Assembly (NCBI GenBank): GCA_000004985.1
Contig: GG738850.1
DNA from: Naegleria gruberi
Taxonomy: Eukaryota
Reading direction: 5' to 3' (one strand)
DNA: 64,000 nucleotides
The notes below the pieces were generated by a model. That model saw nothing but the letters and a program-made list of their open reading frames with translations. It was not told the origin of the DNA and made no database searches. Both the position numbers and the translations under genes were made by a program. Positions 56,501 through 64,000 of the stretch are shown piece by piece. The number at the start of each line of letters is the position of its first letter. Position 1 is the first letter of the stretch.

Positions 56501-59500
56501 TGTAATATCGAGTGGGAATGAACCATTTGTACAAACGTCACCACTGTCCAAATCAAGACAGTCAATTGCAATGGATTGTACCTCATTGGTTTTTGATGGA
56601 TCTTGAGCAATAACTGAGAGTGAAACTGGATCTTCCATCGATTGAATTACATCTCTCAATGTAAATGCTACTTTCAATGCTGCAGAGGAAGCAGTTACTT
56701 TAAATGGCAAAGAAACATCTTGAACTCCGTCTTGTCTTGCAGTGAGCATGAAATAATATTCACCTTCCATTGGAAGAACAGTTCTTCCAGGACCAATAAT
56801 TAATCTTCCATCCTCAACAATGAAATTAGTAATGTTAGTAACACTGCTATAATCACTATTCATAGAGTAAATGAATTTAACACGACCTCTTCCCTTATTG
56901 CAAGCTCTATTGGAATAGGAAATGACTGGTGTAATGATGTTTAATAATCCCAAAGTATTAGAAATTGAAACTCCTTCCTTAATTGACAAATTAGGAATAG
57001 AATCTTCACTGACAACAAAGGAAATTGTTTGAGTTGAAGTAATTTCTGGAGCCAATGGACTACTGACAGTAACTTGAATAGAATAAGTTCCATTACTCAT
57101 ATTATTAGTATCCAAGATTAAATTTGGTTTGTTGAAAGTGGAAATCAAAGAGCTGAGGGTTAAAGAATCATCGGTGGTTGGTGCAGAAACAACTTGCCAT
57201 GCGAATTTCAATGGTCTTCTATCGAATGATTGAGAATTGGCAGCACTAATGAACAACTTATCGCATCCACGTGACACAACTGATTTTTCAACGTTGATTT
57301 GTGCTTCAGGTGATTGTGGTTTGAAGGATCCTTGCTTGATGGTTATGGAAATAGATTCAGATGATTGTGGATAAACGCTTAATGATAAATTTTGACCAAT
57401 TGAAATAGATGAACTATATCCAAGGATAATAGTTAATTTAGATTCACCATTCAACATACACATTGCTCCCTTTCCAATAAAATCAATTGAATCTGGTCTA
57501 ATTAAATCTTGACATGGAATAATTGACTTGATAGTGGAATAAACAGTACCATAGACTATATCAGCCTTTTCAGATAATTCAAAGTTATCAACAACGCTGA
57601 AATCACATTTGCTTCCATACCATCCTTGGGCACATTGTGAACAATTTGCACCAATTGAGTGACCTGAACATTTACAAGTACCATCATTCAAACAAATTCC
57701 TCTATTAGAACATGTCAATGCAGGAGAACATTGAATTTCACAATCAACACCAACAAATCCATTTGCACATGATTGACAGAAAGGTCCAGTAAATCTCTCT
57801 TCACATAAACATTTCAATTGTTGAGTACAATTACCACGATTATTACAAGTGTCTGAACTACAACGTGGAGTTTTACATTCTTCCCCATTGAAGGAAGGTA
57901 AACAGGTTGAACAATAAGTGGAATTATCATAATTACCATAGCAAACACATTGATCCTTAGCAATACATTTTCCTTTTTTGGAGCAGACATTAGAATCATA
58001 TCTTCCAACTCCATTACAAGTAAAAGTAGCACAATTTGGACCAGTATATCCATCAGTACATGCACATGTATTAGGTTGTGTACAAATGCCTCTTCCACCA
58101 CATACATTCTTATCATTAGCAGGCAATTGACCACAAATTGGAATTTTACAATCAACACCAGTATATCCATCCTTACAATTGGAACATGATTGGCCTTCAA
58201 AGTTACCAGTACATGTGCATTTGCCTTCCATTGAACATTTACCACGGAACGAACAACCACCTTGAGTTTCAGTTCTTCCATTACATGTTGGAATATCACA
58301 CATTTCACCTGAAAATCTTTCTTTACAGATACAATTGTCTGGTCCAATACATTTACCATTTCCAGAACACACTGATGGATCAGTGGATGCTTTTTGGAAA
58401 CAAACTAAGCTTTGACATCTATCTCCTGTATATCCTTGATTACAAATGCATGTATCTGTACTACCACATTTGCCACGACCTGAACATGCAAGTGGATTTT
58501 CTGAAGGTAAGCCAAAACATTTAATAGCTTGAGTGGAATTGGCTGAGAAACAATCATTGGTGGAATTCAGTGTTGAACAATAATCGGTAGCCATGTTAGA
58601 AGATAATCCCATTTCACTTGTTACAATATTCTTACAAGCATTGTTACACAATGGTTGAGATAAAACATTGGTTGAATTGATTGAACAAGATTTGAATGTT
58701 TTCAAACAGGATACTCTTAAAAGACCCTTTTTGCATGAATCTCCACAATTCTTGTATCCAACACTGTCAAGTAATTCAGAATTCTTCTTGTAAAGTGTTG
58801 TAATTTTTGTGGAAACTGACAAGGCCATTTTAGATTGAAAATCTGCTGGACTTGTTGAAATCACTTGACTCATTAAATCATCAGTGCTAATCATGTAATT
58901 AACATGATCAGAACATCCACTTAGTAAAGTCTTTGGAGGAATGATACATTGAGCAGCAGGTTTAAAATATTGACAATCTGTACCATAATAATTAGATGGA
59001 CAAATTCTTTGACAAGTTGTTGAATCATCAGACAATTGGAAACCTTCTGCACAATCAGTACATGGTCTATTGTTTCCCAATGTAGTATAACCCTTAGTAC
59101 AAGTACAATAAGGAGTATAGGCAGATGAATAAGAACATGTACCATTTCCACAACCTTGCTTTCCACAATTTGGAACCTTTGTAATACATATTCCATTAGC
59201 ATATATTAAATTATCAGAGCATTTCAAACAAAGTGGATACACCATTCCTTCGATAGCACATTTATCACAACTTGCACCACTATATTTGGTATTAGAGCAA
59301 GCTGAGCATGGAGCTGACATATTCACAGTCATGTAGCCAGTATTACAGACACATTGAGCAGTTGAGAGTGTAACTGCTTTACAAGCACCATTTCCACAAT
59401 TAGGTGTTGGACACACTGGTAATTTTACATATGGTCTATCTAATACATTTGGTTTAGGTGAATAATTACAAACAATCAAGGTAGCTCCATTCAATTCTGG

Positions 59501-60032
59501 CTTGTTGAACACTTTTGCACAGGTAGCTCTGGAACACCCGACTTTGGTGGAAGCTGCTGAGACAACTTGAATATAATGTTGGCAATCACCACTCTTTAAA
59601 CATAAGCTTCCTTAATTGTAAATCATAAACACTTACAGAACAATAATTATTTGTAAAGTCATATTTAGAAGATTCTAAAGTCCATTCATTCACAATATCC
59701 ACCACTGACATATTTCCCTTCATACTGACATGAATATTTACGCCCAAATTGAGAGAATTACTTGATGGTCCTGCAGCACATTTAGTAAGCCAAGAAGCTG
59801 CCCTAGATGCCAATTCATCACTCCATTCCAAGGCTGCTAACTTGTTAAGTGGAGTCGGAGCCACTGATAAACGTGCGGAATTGTGGGCATTCAAAATGGC
59901 TGTCTTTTCTGAAGAAGTTAATTCCGCAGCCCTTACTTGTTGTTGTTGATTCATCATCAACATGGATACAACCAAAAGCATCACCAACACAAGGCTAACT
60001 TTGTGATGATGGTGCGGATAAATGATGTTCAT
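53549..60032 (-). CDS. Giant (about 2,150 aa) secreted/anchored surface protein. Signal peptide, CAP (SCP/PR-1) domain, long array of EGF-like Cys repeats, REJ/PKD-like middle region, N/S/T-rich mucin-like region, C-terminal hydrophobic anchor. complement(join(53549..59593, 59637..60032)).
   Basis: Exon 1: 'MNIIYPHHHHKVSLVLVMLLVVSMLMM' is the signal peptide. CAP motifs 'AILNAHNSARL..LEWSDELASRAASWLTKC', '..NEWTLESSKYDFTNNYCS'. A 43-nt GTAAGT...AAAG intron, then in-frame 'SGDCQHYIQVVSAASTKVGCSRATC..LIVCNYSPKPN' (GHYTQVVW...GC...C...CNY.P.GN). Then dozens of 'CxCxxGYTGxxC'-type EGF modules. C-terminus 'VLIFVLGCILFVI'. Confidence 0.75.
54060..54730. repeat. Degenerate tandem low-complexity coding repeats (N/T/S-rich 'NNTNVDNS(T)' units) inside the giant surface-protein gene.
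   Basis: Repeated 'aatgttgataattc...' and 'attgttaat...' units. Protein shows 'NNNTNVDNSST NSNNTNVNNNNNTNIDNSTT...'. Confidence 0.6.
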
Positions 60033-60377
60033 TCTTTTTTTTTGCTGATTTGAAGATTAATATTTTTGGCGAATTTTCTTCCTTAAACACTTGGTTGAAG
60101 AACAGCTGTAAAAAGTTCTGTTTCAAGCATTGAATATTGTACTGCTCAATTTTCATGTGGCGATTGTTGAGAATGTGTGGCTAGGGAATTGAGGTTGGTG
60201 GTTGGTGTGGAACTTGGGAATTAAGGCAATACGGAGAGTCGTTATTGAGAGATAATCTGTCAGGATTATTAAATTACAGTTCGTTGAGTGAAAATCATGC
60301 ATTTCCACAATTATGTGGAAAACTTTTAATTAAATAAAACCCGATACAATTCCTCCAGTTTGACAAAAATCAAAAAA

Positions 60378-60950
60378 ATGTCTCAACAATCAAACACTTC
60401 ATTCACACCACTTACAACTAGTCAATTGACCTCCACTCAACGATTGATTTCACCAACACTCCATCTAGGTGTACACTACCAAGCCGACATTATCAATGGC
60501 AAGATTTATTCTCTCACTCAAATTCCTGGAGATTATTTGTGGGGAAGAGAGGGAAGATATCCAGTGAGTTTCTTCCTGTTGGAAGCTGTTGTGGTGAATA
60601 ATATGGTCGGAAAGGATTTTAAAACTGCCTTGATAAAGTTGAAGGAAATTATATTGAGTAGCATTGCTAGACGATCGTTTAATGATGATGATGAGGCAGA
60701 TCAACAAGTTACTTCTCGATTGGAGGAAGAACTTGTGCAAGATTTGGATGAATATTTGAGTTTGAGTTATCCAAGTGATTATATTCAAATTGCAATTGTT
60801 GAAGAGGTTGCATTGAGATACATGGATATTCAAACTCATAGACCACTTGCCTTTTTTGAAGGACCTAGAGCAGATGATAAGACCATTCAACAACAAAGAG
60901 AAGCACTCTCAATGCTCAGTGCCGTTGAAGCTCGCTTAAAAAACAAATAA
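60378..60950 (+). CDS. Hypothetical acidic protein (about 190 aa).
   Basis: ATG at 60378 after an A-run (caaaaaaATGtct). No recognisable motif. Confidence 0.45.
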   Translation: MSQQSNTSFTPLTTSQLTSTQRLISPTLHLGVHYQADIINGKIYSLTQIPGDYLWGREGRYPVSFFLLEAVVVNNMVGKDFKTALIKLKEIILSSIARRSFNDDDEADQQVTSRLEEELVQDLDEYLSLSYPSDYIQIAIVEEVALRYMDIQTHRPLAFFEGPRADDKTIQQQREALSMLSAVEARLKNK

Positions 60951-61080
60951 ACTTTGTCTTACTGAACTCTATCTCCCATAAAACTCCTCAAAAACTCCTC
61001 TTATTCGGAGCGTTTCAAGAATCTTCACAATAAAAAAAATTACAAAAAAATAAAAAATTTAAAAAAACCCTGAAAAAAAA

Positions 61081-62667
61081 ATGCAACTCTCTTCACTGCT
61101 CGTTGCCGTCGCATTGATGATTGCGTTGATGATTTGCGGATCATCGGCTGATGCATCATCATCGGAGAGAGTTTTTTTATTAAAGAGAGATCCAGTATCC
61201 ATGCTCTCTAGAAAACAATCCAATAAGTCTACAAGAATGGCCTCTGCACTTCCACCATACAAGACTTTATATTTCGATCAAAAATTGGATCATTTTGATT
61301 TTACCAATGACAAGACTTTTAAACAACGTTATTTGGTTTGTGATTCCTTTGTTGGAAAGATGACACCATCTACTCCTATCTTTTTCTATACTGGTAATGA
61401 GGGAGATATTGTGACTTTTTATGAAAATACTGGATTGATGTTTGACACTGCTCCACAATTCAATGCCTTGATTATTTTTGTTGAACATCGTTATTATGGT
61501 GTCAGTAATCCTTTTGGACCTGTTAATTCATTCACTCCTGAGAATATCAAGTGGTTGAGCAGTGAACAAGCTCTTGCTGATTATTCTTATTTCATTACTG
61601 AAATGTTTGGATTGGATGAAAAGAGAACTAACCCAGTTATTGCCTTTGGAGGATCTTATGGTGGTATGCTGAGTAGTTGGTGGCGTATGAAGTACCCTCA
61701 CATTGTGGACGGTGCTATTGCTGCTAGTGCTCCAATCTTCCAATTCACTGGTTTGACTGCTCCAAATGTTTACAATCAAATTTGTACTGAAGATTTCAAA
61801 AAGTCAAGCAATTTGGCCAAGTACCATGAAACTTGTGACGCTGTCATTAAGAATGGTTTGAGCATTTTGAATCAATACTATCAAAACAATAATCCTCAAA
61901 TTTTGCAAAAGCTCTCTTCTCAATTCAGGATTTGTTCACCTGGTATTAGAACTTCAGCAGATGTAAATCAATTGATCAGTTGGTTGACTCAAGCTTACAA
62001 TACCTTGCCAATGATTGATTATCCATATCCAGCCAACTTTTTAATGCCTCTCCCAGGTTATCCAATTCAAGTTATTTGTGACAGAATTAGTACCATTATG
62101 GCTTCTGAAAAGGTCACTACTGATACCTATCTTAAGGCTGTTTTGGAAGGTGCCAATGTTTATTATAATTATACTGGAACTAGTACTTGTAATAATTTGA
62201 CTCAACCAGATTCTCCAAGTTTGGGTGATGACGGATGGGAATATCAAACATGTAATGAAATGGTCATGCCAATTGGTAATTATCCTCAAACTGACATGTT
62301 CATTCCTGCTCCTTGGGATCTCCAAGCATGGATTTCTTATTGTCAACAAAAGTGGAAGGTTACTCCAAGAACCAACTGGGCTATTACTAACTATGGTGGT
62401 AAGAGAGCTATTTTGGAAGCTACTAATATTGTCTTTTCAAATGGTGATTTGGATCCATGGCATGGTGGTGGCGTTTTGCCAGGAATGAAAGTTAATGAAA
62501 AGGTTAAGGTTGTTTACATTGAAGGTGGTGCTCACCATTTGGATCTCAGAAGTTCAAATCCTTTGGACCCACAAAGTGTCAGATTGGCCAGAGCTTTGGA
62601 AGTTAAGGAAATTACCGCTTGGCTCAATGAATTCTCTGCCAAGAGAGGCCTCAAAATGAAATATTAA
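61081..62667 (+). CDS. Serine carboxypeptidase of peptidase family S28 (lysosomal Pro-X carboxypeptidase / DPP7-like), secreted.
   Basis: 528 aa. Signal peptide 'MQLSSLLVAVALMIALMICGSSA'. 'FDQKLDHFDF', 'PIFFYTGNEGDI', 'ALIIFVEHRYYGVSNPFG', and the nucleophile motif 'AFGGSYGGMLSSWWRMKYPH' are typical S28 signatures. Confidence 0.85.
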   Translation: MQLSSLLVAVALMIALMICGSSADASSSERVFLLKRDPVSMLSRKQSNKSTRMASALPPYKTLYFDQKLDHFDFTNDKTFKQRYLVCDSFVGKMTPSTPIFFYTGNEGDIVTFYENTGLMFDTAPQFNALIIFVEHRYYGVSNPFGPVNSFTPENIKWLSSEQALADYSYFITEMFGLDEKRTNPVIAFGGSYGGMLSSWWRMKYPHIVDGAIAASAPIFQFTGLTAPNVYNQICTEDFKKSSNLAKYHETCDAVIKNGLSILNQYYQNNNPQILQKLSSQFRICSPGIRTSADVNQLISWLTQAYNTLPMIDYPYPANFLMPLPGYPIQVICDRISTIMASEKVTTDTYLKAVLEGANVYYNYTGTSTCNNLTQPDSPSLGDDGWEYQTCNEMVMPIGNYPQTDMFIPAPWDLQAWISYCQQKWKVTPRTNWAITNYGGKRAILEATNIVFSNGDLDPWHGGGVLPGMKVNEKVKVVYIEGGAHHLDLRSSNPLDPQSVRLARALEVKEITAWLNEFSAKRGLKMKY

Positions 62668-62724
62668 CTTATTTCTTAATTTATCTATTTATCTAAATAA
62701 TAATAACAACTTGTTATTGAACAT

Positions 62725-62946
62725 TTAAACATCCAAATGGCTTTTATTTTCAATGGTAATTCCTAATTGTTTTGCTTTTTGAATCAATTCATGAATTGCA
62801 CCTGTTGGTCCTTTTTCAATGGTGGAATCATCCTTTCCAATAAGAGTGAAAGCATGCTTGCATGGTAGGGATTCTAAACAACCTCTCTTTATGATGATTT
62901 TCTTTATGGTTGACAAGTCAACTCCTGCAACTTGGTTTGAGCTCAT
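62725..62946 (-). CDS. Small (73 aa) hypothetical protein.
   Basis: ATG at 62946 in an A-run (aaaaaATGagctca). Compact sequence with 'CLESLPC' and 'GPTGAIHELIQKAKQLGI'. No family assigned. Confidence 0.3.
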   Translation of the reverse strand: MSSNQVAGVDLSTIKKIIIKRGCLESLPCKHAFTLIGKDDSTIEKGPTGAIHELIQKAKQLGITIENKSHLDV

Positions 62947-63020
62947 TTTTTATCTTGTTTTACAGTGTTACCACTCATCTCAATAAAAAGGAAATCCTGA
63001 TTACAATGATAATATTATTT

Positions 63021-63980
63021 TTATTTCTTTCTCTTGAAACTTCCAACCAATTGCTTAATATTTCCTCTAATCTTTCCAGCATTCTCCTTCACAATCTTTC
63101 CATTGAAATTCTTGGCTGCTTCCTTAAATTGTGCAATAGAACTCTTTATATCTTTGAACTTTTTTGGGAATTTCACATTTTTGAAAGCTTTGAATTGTGA
63201 AATAGTTCCCTTAATTAAGCCAATTGTTTCCTTAATCTTTCCTGAGGTGTTCTTAATGAACGGAATGACTTTGTCCTTTAATTTACCTTCGAGAGGTCCT
63301 AATTTAGTTGAGGAGAATTTTTGAATTCCTTTTCCCAAGTCGAGAGCAAAATTTGCAAGTTTGGGAAATCCAAGGTTTTGTAATTCTTGGGAAATGTCGG
63401 TGGTGAGTTTGGAACCAATGGAATTGACCTTGTCAGAGTAGGTACCGATATTGTCTATGAATTGACCTGCTTTTTCATTCCATGCTTGCTGAGCTTTAGA
63501 GACGAAACTTTTGGTTTTATCTGAAACCTTTCTGAAAGTATCTTTGAATTTTTTGCCGATAAAGAGAGTTGAAGCCCCACCGTTCTTGTTTCTTCTCATC
63601 TTTGAGGACTTTCTTGAAGTAGATTCTTTAGAAATGTCATTCAAGGAACCTTTCAAAATGTCAGATGTTGGATGTGAAGACTTCTTTGTCAAACTCTCAA
63701 TATATTTCATAAGTTTATCCTTAACAGCCTTTGTCTTCTCTTCATCAGGAATTGCCTTATACATGGTATTGAGTTTTTCAGCAAATCCCAAGAAATCATT
63801 AGCAATTCCAGTTTCAACCTTTTTTGGAATTACTTTCTTGGCTTGTTGAATAATATCTTGACTTTCTTGCATAATTTCAGGTGATTTGAATGGATTGGTT
63901 TTCAACCCTTTGGTATAAACAGGACCCTTATGAACAGTTACTTTAGGTTTACCATTTCCAAAATGTAATTGAATTACCAA
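63021..63980 (-). CDS. Lysine-rich protein built of amphipathic helical repeats (LEA/apolipoprotein-like), hypothetical. The N-terminus may extend beyond the window.
   Basis: 319 aa. Recurrent 'K..I..K..E..GK.K' periodicity. No catalytic motifs. Confidence 0.45.
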   Translation of the reverse strand: MVIQLHFGNGKPKVTVHKGPVYTKGLKTNPFKSPEIMQESQDIIQQAKKVIPKKVETGIANDFLGFAEKLNTMYKAIPDEEKTKAVKDKLMKYIESLTKKSSHPTSDILKGSLNDISKESTSRKSSKMRRNKNGGASTLFIGKKFKDTFRKVSDKTKSFVSKAQQAWNEKAGQFIDNIGTYSDKVNSIGSKLTTDISQELQNLGFPKLANFALDLGKGIQKFSSTKLGPLEGKLKDKVIPFIKNTSGKIKETIGLIKGTISQFKAFKNVKFPKKFKDIKSSIAQFKEAAKNFNGKIVKENAGKIRGNIKQLVGSFKRKK

Positions 63981-64000
63981 GTGAATGTCATCTTGATCAT

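Overview
This window is eukaryotic nuclear DNA that is AT-rich (about 33-35% GC by eye). It is gene-dense and carries short spliceosomal introns (GTAAGT...AG, 43-80 nt). Start codons sit in A-runs (AAAAAAAATG), and AATAAA signals follow most stop codons. Predicted proteins are N/S/T/Q-rich, as in amoeboid protists, with a dictyostelid-like or Naegleria-like flavour. Nothing prokaryotic was found: no operons, no RBS, no CRISPR.

From start to end the window contains, in order:
- a partial large low-complexity gene running off the 5' edge;
- a secreted Cys-rich protein;
- an F-box protein carrying about 17.6 near-identical 72-bp (24-aa) leucine-rich repeats;
- tRNA-Trp(CCA);
- a >2,200-aa, 5-exon surface protein built of cadherin-like/VCBS repeats plus a C-terminal VWA domain;
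- two copies of a ~1,270-aa secreted G8/beta-helix-like protein gene (each with an identical 77-nt intron), forming ~4.35 kb inverted repeats (15941-20283 and 36910-41255) that bracket a 16.6 kb cassette.

The cassette holds:
- an N-myristoylated F-box protein;
- an F-box protein whose N-terminal half is a fused H2B-like plus H2A-like histone-fold doublet;
- a disrupted Cys-rich mini-gene;
- two divergently transcribed metallophosphoesterases;
- a DUF4116-repeat protein;
- a membrane protein;
- a zinc-finger/RNase-H-like (transposase-like) ORF tightly bracketed by a decayed tRNA-like sequence and an intact tRNA-Leu(CAA);
- a 3-exon trypsin-like protease;
- a secreted degenerate Hsp70-NBD-like protein;
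- a coiled-coil tail-anchored protein.

Downstream of the second repeat arm lie ferrochelatase, a bacterial-type PARG/macro (DUF2263) protein, a Ser-rich protein, a membrane protein, two tandem paralogous F-box proteins with acidic tails, a ~2,150-aa CAP-domain/EGF-array/mucin-like surface protein (two exons, 43-nt intron), a peptidase S28 serine carboxypeptidase, and several hypothetical genes.

The most noteworthy candidates are the histone-doublet/F-box fusion, the inverted-repeat-flanked cassette, and the tRNA-bracketed transposase-like gene.
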